Shown: piece after piece, positions 1 to 8,689 of the stretch
Position numbering within the stretch: position 1 is the stretch's first letter
Layout of the letters: each line of letters begins with the position of its first letter
IMG/VR virus record: IMGVR_UViG_3300049460_000312
Coordinates: 186,001-250,000 of that record
Length of the DNA stretch: 64,000 nt
Reading direction: 5' to 3' (one strand)
Notes under the pieces: generated by a model
The model's input: the letters and a program-made list of their open reading frames with translations, nothing else
What the model was told of the DNA's origin: nothing
Database searches by the model: none
Translations under genes and position numbers: made by a program

Positions 1-228
1 GTCATGCATGTCTGGGCCAAAGTGGCGGCAGGCTACACCGATTTGACGCTCACCCAGCTCTCGTCAGCAGGCAATACGATCAACATGGCCGATGACTCGA
101 CAATTGTTGAGCCAGCAGGCATCGTTTACGCCACCCCGGTTGCTTACGCGACAGCCTCGCAATACAGTGCGCTGGCTCAGCGAGTCACCGACATCGAAAC
201 AGCGCTCAACAGCATCACCGTTGTGTAA
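1..228 (+). CDS. 3' end of a probable virion protein (5'-truncated by the window edge)
   Basis: Open frame from the window start to TAA at 226-228, directly upstream of the tail fibre gene. Confidence 0.6.
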   Translation, partial: VMHVWAKVAAGYTDLTLTQLSSAGNTINMADDSTIVEPAGIVYATPVAYATASQYSALAQRVTDIETALNSITVV

Positions 229-277
229 TCATTCTTGAATGCGGGGTGGGGAACCACCTCGCGTGAGGCAACTGCTT

Positions 278-1963
278 ATGTCTACTCCGAGCCCTCTCTA
301 TCGCTATCCCCTGGATGGCACCGGCACCAGTCCGGATAACCTGGTCGTCGGCGAAGAACATCAGCTGTCCAATCGTACGGTGCGCGCGATCGCTCCGACG
401 TACGGCGGCTTCTTCGCAGAGTCCTGTGTGGTCAAGGACCTGGCGACCAGTCAGCCCCTCATCAAGGGCACTGACTACTACTTCGGTGAGCTGTTCGAGT
501 TCCCCACGGGACGCTACGGTAAGGAAATCTTCGGGGTCATCCTGATCACGAAGCCGAACGTCGCAGGCGTGTCGATCAACTACCAGGCGCTGGGTGGGGA
601 TTACTCGTACTCGATGGACGCAATCATCGCCATGATCGATAGCCTGAATCTGGGCGACCGTCCGGTGGCGTGGGGCGACATCATTGGTCGTCCGACCTTG
701 TTCGATCCGGCCACGCACTGGCACGATGCCGGTGATGTGTACGGTTTCGAGTACGTGGTCTCGGCCCTGATCCAGCTGCGCAACGCCATCCTCACGGGTG
801 ACGTCGCCTCACACGACGAGATCTACCGCTACATCGATACCTGGGCGAATCAGAACCAGCAAGCGATCGATGCGGTCTCGGCGGCTCTGGCTGCGCACGT
901 CGCACGTACGGATAACCCGCACGGCACCACCAAGGCCCAAGTGGGGTTGGGCAATGTCGACAACTACCTGACGGCGACGCAGGCGCAGATGAATACCGGT
1001 ACGGCCACGAACCTGTTCGTGACCCCGGCGATTGTCGCGGCCTACGTGACCGCTCAGGCCGTGAATCCGCTGGCCGCACACGCTGCCCGCACGGATAATC
1101 CCCATGCCGTGACCAAGGCGCAAACGGGTCTCGGGAATGTGGACAACTTCTTGACTGCCACCCTAGCCCAGGCTCAGGCGGGCGTCGTCACGAATGCGTT
1201 CATGACGCCGTACCTCGTGGCGCAGGCAATCACCACGCAAGCGGGTGCCGCACTCGCCCTGCACGTTCAGGACCACAATAACCCTCACCAGGTGACGGTG
1301 GCGCAACTGAATACGTTTGACGGACCGACTATCACCGCCAAAATCAAGGTGACTGATGATAAGGTGGTGTACCATACTACCAACAACAACAACACTACCC
1401 GCAATCCACACGGCACCCAGGCAGGAGATGTAGGCGCAGTTTCCCAAGCGGACTTCAACAACTCGTACTGGCCCACGCTACAGAACCAGCTGGCCGGCAA
1501 ACAGCCAAACGGCAACTATGCCGTGATTGGTTCCAGTCCGTCCTTTAACGTGGTTTACGCCAACCAGTTCTGGTCGTACGGTGACATCGTTGCATTCAAC
1601 TCGGATCGACGTCTGAAAAAGAATGTACGTCCGATTCAGGGTGCGTTGGCGAAGTTGCGCAAGATCCGTGGGGTGTTGTATCGCTACAAGGTTTCTGCAA
1701 TCGAGATCCTTCAGCTTGAAGATCGCGAGTACATGGGTGTGATCGCACAGGAAATCCAGGCCGTGTGTCCGGAGATCGTGTGTCTCGCCCCGTTTGACCG
1801 CGACCCTGACACGGGCCTGTCCATCAGCGGCAAGAACTTCTTGACTGTGCAGTACGAGAAGCTCACCGCCTTGCTGATTGAAGCCCAGAAGGAAGCGGAT
1901 GCGATCCAGCAAGAAATCTGTCGCCGTCTTGGCTACACGGACTTGCTGCCTCTTGCTGCATAA
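278..1963 (+). CDS. Tail fibre protein with C-terminal intramolecular chaperone (Peptidase_S74)
   Basis: Repeated H-x-x-RTDNPH-x-VTKAQ-x-GLGNVDN units typical of phage fibres. The C-terminus has SDRRLKKNVRPIQGALAKLRKIRGVLY, the S74 autocleavage motif. Start MSTPSP at 278 is preferred over 239. Confidence 0.85.
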   Translation: MSTPSPLYRYPLDGTGTSPDNLVVGEEHQLSNRTVRAIAPTYGGFFAESCVVKDLATSQPLIKGTDYYFGELFEFPTGRYGKEIFGVILITKPNVAGVSINYQALGGDYSYSMDAIIAMIDSLNLGDRPVAWGDIIGRPTLFDPATHWHDAGDVYGFEYVVSALIQLRNAILTGDVASHDEIYRYIDTWANQNQQAIDAVSAALAAHVARTDNPHGTTKAQVGLGNVDNYLTATQAQMNTGTATNLFVTPAIVAAYVTAQAVNPLAAHAARTDNPHAVTKAQTGLGNVDNFLTATLAQAQAGVVTNAFMTPYLVAQAITTQAGAALALHVQDHNNPHQVTVAQLNTFDGPTITAKIKVTDDKVVYHTTNNNNTTRNPHGTQAGDVGAVSQADFNNSYWPTLQNQLAGKQPNGNYAVIGSSPSFNVVYANQFWSYGDIVAFNSDRRLKKNVRPIQGALAKLRKIRGVLYRYKVSAIEILQLEDREYMGVIAQEIQAVCPEIVCLAPFDRDPDTGLSISGKNFLTVQYEKLTALLIEAQKEADAIQQEICRRLGYTDLLPLAA

Positions 1964-1972
1964 GGAGGAAAT

Positions 1973-2530
1973 ATGACGATTCCATACGGCGGTCAGGTTA
2001 CAATGGGCCAGGCAATGGGAGAGTGTGGTCTCACCGGTGGGCAGGCGGCCAGTAATGCCGAACTATCGCGACTTGCTGGAGTAGGTTCCTTTCAACCTTA
2101 TCGTTGGAGTGATTGGTGGGGTAAGAGCTATCTGCCCCAGGTCGATGATTTTGTGGCAGCCAGCGTTTCGGCTCACGTCGACCGAATCAACGAGCTCTAC
2201 ATTAACCTGCAGACTGGAGGCACTCGTAATGGTAGTATTTTCGGTGACCACGGACCAGGGTGGAACTCGATTGCGACCCACGCGGTGCCGAAGATTGAAC
2301 AATACCGCGGCTGGCGCTTGTGGCTGGTACGGACCGGCGGGGACGCACGGATGAACGTCTGTATTATCCAGCAGCCCGGTCCGGGTAACTGGGAATGCAT
2401 GATCCGTTTTGACGACCAGGGCAGTGATAGCAACATTGCTGGTCAGCCAGGCAATATCCGAGGCAACGGGGCTAACATGAACGGGGCTACGGATACGTCT
2501 GTGGACTTGCATATCCAGCTGATCCGCTAA
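1973..2530 (+). CDS. Tail fibre-associated protein
   Basis: Strong RBS (AGGAGG) right after the fibre gene; Gly-rich N-terminus like fibre partner proteins; followed by a terminator. Confidence 0.6.
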   Translation: MTIPYGGQVTMGQAMGECGLTGGQAASNAELSRLAGVGSFQPYRWSDWWGKSYLPQVDDFVAASVSAHVDRINELYINLQTGGTRNGSIFGDHGPGWNSIATHAVPKIEQYRGWRLWLVRTGGDARMNVCIIQQPGPGNWECMIRFDDQGSDSNIAGQPGNIRGNGANMNGATDTSVDLHIQLIR

Positions 2531-2534
2531 TCCA

Positions 2535-2578
2535 AGAGCCTCTCTATCTTCGGGTGGAGAGGTTTCTTTTTTATGTCG
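2535..2578 (+). terminator. Intrinsic terminator with TTATGTCG variant tail
   Basis: Stem AGCCTCTC..GAGAGGTT, then a T-run and ATGTCG. Confidence 0.75.
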
Positions 2579-2613
2579 GTTCAGTATGGTGTAGAACAAC
2601 TGCAGGAGTCACG

Positions 2614-2820
2614 ATGTTGCGATCCATTTTCTTCCGTCTCCGTGAGAGCCAGTTTATACGGGCTCTGTTACCCCATGATCATGACTGGGCCCGGTGCACG
2701 GACAAATTCTGGCTGGACGAGTGCAGTATCTGTACCAAAACCCGGTTGCATCAGATCGGTACACCGACTCGCGCACAGAAAGACCTCATGGAAGGCTATA
2801 GAGGCTCGTCACGGGCATAA
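2614..2820 (+). CDS. Small Cys/His-containing hypothetical protein
   Basis: RBS CAGGAG before ATG at 2614; HDHDW..C..ECSIC pattern. Confidence 0.5.
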   Translation: MLRSIFFRLRESQFIRALLPHDHDWARCTDKFWLDECSICTKTRLHQIGTPTRAQKDLMEGYRGSSRA

Positions 2821-2887
2821 GCGACTACGGACAGGGCTTTCCCTGTCCGTAGTCGTATTATGACGTTAGCGGCCTTCTAAAGCCGTT

Positions 2888-3511
2888 TTATGCCGCCGTG
2901 AGCTTATTGGTGAAGACAGTCGAGTAGAGCTCGGCCAGTTTCGCCTTCTCTTCCGGGTTGTACAGGTCATTGCCCGCGAAGATCTCATCAGCCAACGTGA
3001 CGGGCAGCGGCGGCCACTCCGTCATCTCAGCCGGCGTCTCCAGATCGATCTTGACCCAGTCTTTCGGGTTACCCTGCGCATCGATAAAGACGTCGACTTC
3101 CCACTTCAGTTCCGTGCCTTCGATTGGGAAGGTGTAACGGATTTTGTCCATCGACTCACCGGTGATCGCCTTGAAGACTTCGTGCAGGTCTTTCGACACC
3201 GGCACCGAGACTTCATCCGCTTCACCGCGACCCGAGTAGGCTTTGGCGGTGAGCGTAAAGCGCACCTGACCCATCCCCGTGGTTTCCCGCACGCGAATGG
3301 TGCCGCCATTACCCTTAAGCGAGCTCTGCTTCTGGGTTTCCTGGCTGGCGGCTTTCTGCAATTGACTGACGTCGGTCAAACGGCCGTACCAGACGTATTC
3401 CTTCTCTTTGGCCTTCTGGCCGTTTTCCAGGTCTTCCAGACCCAGCTTGTATTTCATCATACCCGGGGCCACCAGAGTCAGGCCCTGGAAAATATCGTGC
3501 AATGCTTTCAT
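2888..3511 (-). CDS. CYTH-like (triphosphate tunnel metalloenzyme) protein
   Basis: EKEY N-terminal motif (ExExK-like), IRVR, LTAK, E..V, KIRY..F, WEVDVF and IDLE motifs match the CYTH pattern. Confidence 0.75.
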   Translation of the reverse strand: MKALHDIFQGLTLVAPGMMKYKLGLEDLENGQKAKEKEYVWYGRLTDVSQLQKAASQETQKQSSLKGNGGTIRVRETTGMGQVRFTLTAKAYSGRGEADEVSVPVSKDLHEVFKAITGESMDKIRYTFPIEGTELKWEVDVFIDAQGNPKDWVKIDLETPAEMTEWPPLPVTLADEIFAGNDLYNPEEKAKLAELYSTVFTNKLTAA

Positions 3512-3551
3512 GATTATTAGGAAGAGGGATTAAGACATAAGAAAGACGATG

Positions 3552-3596
3552 CGGCATAAAGGGTCGGGTAACCCCGACCCCGTATGACCGTTCCAG
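3552..3596 (-). terminator. Hairpin-TTATGCCG element
   Basis: CGGCATAA at 3552 abutting the GGGTCGGG/CCCGACCC stem. Confidence 0.7.
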
Positions 3597-3598
3597 CG

Positions 3599-3877
3599 TC
3601 AGTTCAAAGCGAACTTCACCACTTCAAACACGCCCTTCAGCACTTCACCAATGAACGTGGTATTCAAGTCTTTCTCCTGCACCACGACCATGTAAATGAG
3701 CGTGCCGACGCTCGCAAACATGATGACAATGAAACTCAAGGTAAAAACCTTGACCAACCATGTCTTCAGGACGCGCGACGCTCGGCGCTCTTCCAGTTCT
3801 TCGGTCTCAACCGCTTCATCGTGCTCACAGTGCGTCTCGGGCGCCTGCGCATCGATTTTATTTTCTTCGGCAGACAT
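3599..3877 (-). CDS. Small membrane protein, holin candidate
   Basis: Acidic N-terminus, one clear TM segment (VFTLSFIVIMFASVGTLIYMVVV) and an amphipathic C-terminus; co-transcribed after the spanin-like pair. Confidence 0.45.
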   Translation of the reverse strand: MSAEENKIDAQAPETHCEHDEAVETEELEERRASRVLKTWLVKVFTLSFIVIMFASVGTLIYMVVVQEKDLNTTFIGEVLKGVFEVVKFALN

Positions 3878-3914
3878 CTTTACTACTCCTTGTTAAAACG
3901 TCCTACACAAGATG

Positions 3915-4247
3915 TCAGTTTGCCGCCGGGTTCGACTTGGGGGCGTAGATCACCGCCTGTTGTTTCGACCAGTCAGCAATCCCCATCAACCGGGCATTGG
4001 CGACCCCGAGCTCTTCTGTGCGCTTCTGGATCAGATCGACGAGCGTCTGTTCCTTGGCGTCACAGGTGAGCTTGCTGTATGCGACAGGTTCGGGTGGGGC
4101 CGACAGAGCAACCTTCTCGGTGAGCTCCACCGGCACCGGCACGAACTTGTTGACGACCTGCACTTCCGGTTCAGGGGCTTTCTGAGGACCCGTGGCACAG
4201 CCCGCCAGCCCGATAGCGAGCACCACTGCAGCAAGTAAATATTTCAT
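3915..4247 (-). CDS. o-spanin (Rz1-like outer-membrane lipoprotein)
   Basis: Signal peptide MKYLLAAVVLAIG with lipobox LAGC, a Pro-rich segment after it, adjacent to the i-spanin candidate. Start corrected to 4247. Confidence 0.7.
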   Translation of the reverse strand: MKYLLAAVVLAIGLAGCATGPQKAPEPEVQVVNKFVPVPVELTEKVALSAPPEPVAYSKLTCDAKEQTLVDLIQKRTEELGVANARLMGIADWSKQQAVIYAPKSNPAAN

Positions 4248-4258
4248 CAAACTGCTCC

Positions 4259-4747
4259 TTACTTGCAGGCCGCGTTGGTCGGTTCCTGCAAGCAGTAGGT
4301 GAGCCACAGTCCCTTGGCCCGCTCCAGCGAAATCTCAGTCGCCTTGCGCTGTTCGTTGGCCGCGTCCTGGGGCAGGGCGTCGTACTTCTTGTTAATCGCC
4401 GTGAGCTTCGATTCGACGTACTGGTTGGCTGCCGTCTTCGCCACCGTCGGCTTGGCTTCCGCCTGCTTGACGTCTGCCTTCACTGCTTCGGTCGCATCCG
4501 CCGAGCTGGCCGCTTTGACCGTCTCTTCGCGCACCTGCTTGATGGTGTCGTCCTTCTGCTTGATGGTGTCGTCCTTGGCCTCGATGACCTGATCCTTGGC
4601 AGTGATCGTCTGCTGCTGGATTTCGATCTTTTCGTTCTTGACCTGGAACACCTTCACCGTGGCGTACAATGCGCCCACACAGACCAGCGCGAGCGCGCCT
4701 TTAACTAACCAGCCCTTCAGGGCATCGCCAATTGCAATTCCAAACAT
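4259..4747 (-). CDS. i-spanin (Rz-like inner-membrane protein)
   Basis: N-terminal TM, long coiled-coil periplasmic region, C-terminal Cys residues; immediately upstream of the lipoprotein. Confidence 0.65.
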   Translation of the reverse strand: MFGIAIGDALKGWLVKGALALVCVGALYATVKVFQVKNEKIEIQQQTITAKDQVIEAKDDTIKQKDDTIKQVREETVKAASSADATEAVKADVKQAEAKPTVAKTAANQYVESKLTAINKKYDALPQDAANEQRKATEISLERAKGLWLTYCLQEPTNAACK

Positions 4748-4821
4748 AGCTTTTTTCCTTCAACAAATAAAAAAGAGTAATGGAGAGAGGCCGGAGCCGA
4801 AGCTCCAGCGTCTCATATTAC

Positions 4822-5424
4822 TTAGGCTTCACAACCGTCGAAGAGCTTTTTCCACCGCCAGTAAGCGATAGCGCCCCCGTCAGTCGAGTGCTCATCGAGT
4901 TCCGCAAAGCTTGCTGCAGAGTGGGCTTCGTCGAACTTGTCGTGGAGGAGGGCTTTGAGGCGTTCATGAACTTTCGTCTTACTCGACATGTCTTCTTTGC
5001 GAACGATCCCCACCGCCTTCTTGGCCGTAGGGGGATCAACCAGGTCCAGCTCCATGGTGGGATCGTATCTGCGTACCGCCAGCCGCACCCCGAACACCAC
5101 CTCAGTAAGCACCGCAAACGCCTGGGGAAAGCGACGCTTGAGAAACGGAGACTCACAGGCAATGTGATTGGGTGGGTTGGCGACGAAGACATCGTGCAAT
5201 GCATCCGACAGAGCCAAGATACGCGCATAGCGCTCGCTGTGATTCAGCGTGATCAGCTCATCCAATCGCATCTTGTCGGCATTGAAGGTGTAAGCGCACA
5301 GCCGCGTGATCTCCAGGGTGCGCACGTCGTATTCCAACATGCTGCACCCCAGTGTGGTTGATCCCGGGTCGATCCCAATAATGCGGCCAATATGCAAATC
5401 GGCTTCGCAATGATTGGTGAACAT
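4822..5424 (-). CDS. ruvC: Holliday junction resolvase RuvC
   Basis: GIDPGSTTLG, CESPF and DEHSTDGGAIA catalytic motifs. Confidence 0.9.
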   Translation of the reverse strand: MFTNHCEADLHIGRIIGIDPGSTTLGCSMLEYDVRTLEITRLCAYTFNADKMRLDELITLNHSERYARILALSDALHDVFVANPPNHIACESPFLKRRFPQAFAVLTEVVFGVRLAVRRYDPTMELDLVDPPTAKKAVGIVRKEDMSSKTKVHERLKALLHDKFDEAHSAASFAELDEHSTDGGAIAYWRWKKLFDGCEA

Positions 5425-5442
5425 ACCGCTCCTGCTTTTGCG

Positions 5443-6327
5443 TTATGCGTTCACGAGGCTGTTCGTGGTGCTGCCATCAACGGCAGACAGCGCGTAAAGC
5501 GGTTCGTTCACGCCGACGTCCATGTTGATGGAAACGCCTGTGTTGGTCTGCAGCAACGGGTTGTAGGCCGCGACGTGCGCCGCGATCTGGCAACCAATGA
5601 CTTCCTGGAACTGGAACGAGCCACCGCCGAAACCCGGCGCCTGGATCATCTTGTCCACACCCGTACAGAGGCCAAGCTCCGAGACGATCGCGTAACGCTC
5701 ATCGTCCCAGATCACCTTGGCCACGTTGAGCATCTCGGCAACATCCGCATCCGTCATCGTGAGCGTCATGCGCGCACGCGCCGACACATAGTCAGCGTTG
5801 ATCAGGTTGGTCGCGGAGTTCGAGAGCTGTTGCGGCGTCGGGGTGAGGTTGGCCTGCTGCGGGACGAAGTTCGTCACCGTCTCGATACCATCTTGCACCT
5901 GGGTATAATACATCCCCACCGACATGTTGCTCTTGTCGAGGCGACGACCATAGTAGGCGTAGTAGGCGACGTTGTTGCGGCTTTCCTGACGACGCAGCAC
6001 GTACTTGGCGCGGTCGGTGGCGGTCAGATCCTGATTCACCTCACGCAGCACGAACGGCAGCTGGCCAAAGAGGCCGGCGTCAGTGGCGCGGTGTTGCACG
6101 GTTTCGTTCAACGGAATGCCATCAGCACCGACGATCATCGAGTGACCGCGGTTACCCCAGACATAGTAGCCCAGGTTCGGCTTGTCGCTAGCGGAGGGCA
6201 GCGTGTCCTTCTGGATAGCCAACAGTTCGTTGAGCGTCGAGAAGGCTGGAAATTCGAAAGGCAGACCCAACAGCAGGCTGGTCTGCACGCGTGCACCGTA
6301 GATAGTGCGGGTGACATTATTGTCCAC
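5443..6327 (-). CDS. Conserved virion structural protein (baseplate-type), phiKZ-like
   Basis: 294 aa, in the conserved jumbo-phage position between RuvC and the baseplate/portal genes. Confidence 0.7.
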   Translation of the reverse strand: MDNNVTRTIYGARVQTSLLLGLPFEFPAFSTLNELLAIQKDTLPSASDKPNLGYYVWGNRGHSMIVGADGIPLNETVQHRATDAGLFGQLPFVLREVNQDLTATDRAKYVLRRQESRNNVAYYAYYGRRLDKSNMSVGMYYTQVQDGIETVTNFVPQQANLTPTPQQLSNSATNLINADYVSARARMTLTMTDADVAEMLNVAKVIWDDERYAIVSELGLCTGVDKMIQAPGFGGGSFQFQEVIGCQIAAHVAAYNPLLQTNTGVSINMDVGVNEPLYALSAVDGSTTNSLVNA

Positions 6328-6426
6328 GTTTTTACTTCCTCAATCGGAAAGGTGAAATAGGTTGGAGCACCGGACTGAAATGACGTCCGGTGCTTACACA
6401 CAATAGAGAAGGCCTGTATTTACGTC

Positions 6427-8661
6427 CTACAGTGCCGGGACGCCTAAGCTGGACCAGGTATCGACGTAGCTGGCTTGCTGTTGATCGAGCGGCAGCTTGA
6501 GGAAGTTTTCCATGCCGGGAACGATCGTCAGGTCGCGCGGGTTGTCCACCCCAGTCATATCCACCAGACAGTTGTAGCGGGCGCGCACGCCCAGCAGACG
6601 CTGGATCACAAAGGACGCATCCTTCGAGTAACTGATGTCGCAGGTCTTGAAGGCTAACGGCTGCTCGAAGGTAGTGGAGCGACCCACCACGTCAATCTCC
6701 GGGAACACGTCCATATCCAGCAACAGATCCGCGGTGCCCTGCGTCTTGACATTCCACTCGTCCACCGTGGGGATCTCGATCCCGTAAGTGGTTTCAGTGT
6801 CGATGTCCAGATCATCCGTGCGCACCTGCTGGAAGCCTGCATCGATCACCGGACCGGCATTGATCGACAGACCAATCTGGATCGAGTAGCTGGAGAGATC
6901 CGTCAGAATCCCCGCCATCGCCCGCTGGATGTCCGCCATCGTAATGGTCGAGGTGAGATTCGCCCCGGTGGCTTCCTGCAGGATCACATTCGCCACTTCC
7001 AGCAACTGCTCGGGCGTCAGATCCTTAACCACGATATTGCGGTCTGCAAACCAGGTCGCGTAGTTCTGGCCGGGAGTGTCACCCAGTTGAAACTTCTCAT
7101 CACCCCACAGGCGACAGATCGCCGCTTCCTTCTGGCCGCGCGCAGTCATGTACTCTTCCGAGCACACCATGCCCCACTGTTCGTTCGCCGCATGAAACAC
7201 GTCAGTACAGTGGTTGCGGAAAGCTTCCAGCGAGATCTGTGGTTGTACCGGCGGCATCGTTGCCCGCGCGGTCATCAGCCACTGATCCGACACCCGCTTC
7301 GGATTGACTACGGCCTGCAGATCGGCGAGCGGTGCCAGTCCAATACGTTCCACCCGGTTCGCCACCACCATCGGCAGACTGTCCATCTGGAAGCCCTGCC
7401 CCACCACAAAGGCGTAGGCGTAGAAGCAGAACGCGTCCAGCGGATTGAGCGACAACCGAATGCCATTGGCTGGAATCGTGAAATTCACATAGGCCTGGTA
7501 GTAGCCCTTGTGCGCCAACCACAGCCAGTGCTGCAGCACGATGTCCGCCATGCGGAACTTCTCGCTATCGGTGTAATCGATCACCGTCGACTGCAACAAC
7601 TTGGTCGGCACGTTCGGATTCAACGTGTAGGTGGCGATGTCCTCGATATGCAGCTCTTCCTGATCCCGGTACTGATGATTGATCGGGTTGATGATGTCCT
7701 CGATGTCGAGCACCTCATTCAGGCTGAACTGGTTCTTGTTGTCGATGTTGGAGACCGTATTGAGCGGCTTCTTCTCAAACACCACGAGCGGCAGCAGCGA
7801 ATCCCCTGGCATGTTCTCGGTGGAGTGCGCCATCGAGAAGTGCGCCATCGGCAACCGGCGATCCGTGAACGTCTTTTGCAACAGCGCGTCAAAGAGCTCT
7901 TCGCGACCGTTGTTGTTCTGGATATAGGCCAGGTTGTGATAGAAGTACATCTGCTGGGCCCGCGTCATGTACGGCACGTACTTATCCAGCTTGGAGTTGC
8001 TCGCCAGATACTGCAGCACGTGGTAGCTGTGTGCCTCGTACGTCAGACAGGCCCGCAAGCGGATGTTCTCGATTGCACCCGGCAACGACCCATACAGCAC
8101 AGTCAAAAGACCGGCGAAATACAGGTTATCGGTGTTGGTGTACTGGACGTTATGCCAGCGCCGGATAAAGCCGTTGATGTGATCCTGCAGCGCCGGAATC
8201 AGTCCGGGCTCAGTGGCTTCCACCAGCGTATCCGGATAGGCCAGGATCTGACCGTCATAGGCCGCGATCGCCGTGTCGATATCACACGGGTAGAGGATAC
8301 CCCGGATCAGGGCTTCCTGGTCGGGATACTTGTCGACCAATTCTTTGTAATATGTTGTGCCAAAAGCGTAAGCTTTCTTTGTCGCGCGGTGAAACTCCAG
8401 GTTCTGCTTGGAGAAGACAATCTCCTCCAAGCTGTCCAACGAGGTGATCATCATCGGCGTATCGCTGGCGAAATACTCTCCTGACAGGTTCAGATAGTAT
8501 TTCCAGGTACGCGGGTCATTCTCGTCGTAGCTGCCGTTCGTGTAGCCCTGGACCCACTGATTCATCAGCGTGGCCGCATCACTAAACTTTAACACGATAC
8601 TGGAAGCCAGATCGAAAATGCTGTCCACGTAGATTTGGTAGTATTTGTTTTCCAATTCCAT
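6427..8661 (-). CDS. Conserved virion structural protein (baseplate wedge-type), phiKZ-like
   Basis: 744 aa, divergent from the portal gene; DPRTWKYYLNLSGEY motif recalled from phiKZ-like baseplate proteins. Confidence 0.7.
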   Translation of the reverse strand: MELENKYYQIYVDSIFDLASSIVLKFSDAATLMNQWVQGYTNGSYDENDPRTWKYYLNLSGEYFASDTPMMITSLDSLEEIVFSKQNLEFHRATKKAYAFGTTYYKELVDKYPDQEALIRGILYPCDIDTAIAAYDGQILAYPDTLVEATEPGLIPALQDHINGFIRRWHNVQYTNTDNLYFAGLLTVLYGSLPGAIENIRLRACLTYEAHSYHVLQYLASNSKLDKYVPYMTRAQQMYFYHNLAYIQNNNGREELFDALLQKTFTDRRLPMAHFSMAHSTENMPGDSLLPLVVFEKKPLNTVSNIDNKNQFSLNEVLDIEDIINPINHQYRDQEELHIEDIATYTLNPNVPTKLLQSTVIDYTDSEKFRMADIVLQHWLWLAHKGYYQAYVNFTIPANGIRLSLNPLDAFCFYAYAFVVGQGFQMDSLPMVVANRVERIGLAPLADLQAVVNPKRVSDQWLMTARATMPPVQPQISLEAFRNHCTDVFHAANEQWGMVCSEEYMTARGQKEAAICRLWGDEKFQLGDTPGQNYATWFADRNIVVKDLTPEQLLEVANVILQEATGANLTSTITMADIQRAMAGILTDLSSYSIQIGLSINAGPVIDAGFQQVRTDDLDIDTETTYGIEIPTVDEWNVKTQGTADLLLDMDVFPEIDVVGRSTTFEQPLAFKTCDISYSKDASFVIQRLLGVRARYNCLVDMTGVDNPRDLTIVPGMENFLKLPLDQQQASYVDTWSSLGVPAL

Positions 8662-8689
8662 CCACCTATTCGGTTCGCAGGATTCCTAA

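Noticed and set aside
850-1400. Repeated DNA segments in the tail fibre gene
   Set aside because: Ordinary coding NPH-x-VT-x-AQ fibre repeats, not a CRISPR array or regulatory repeat.
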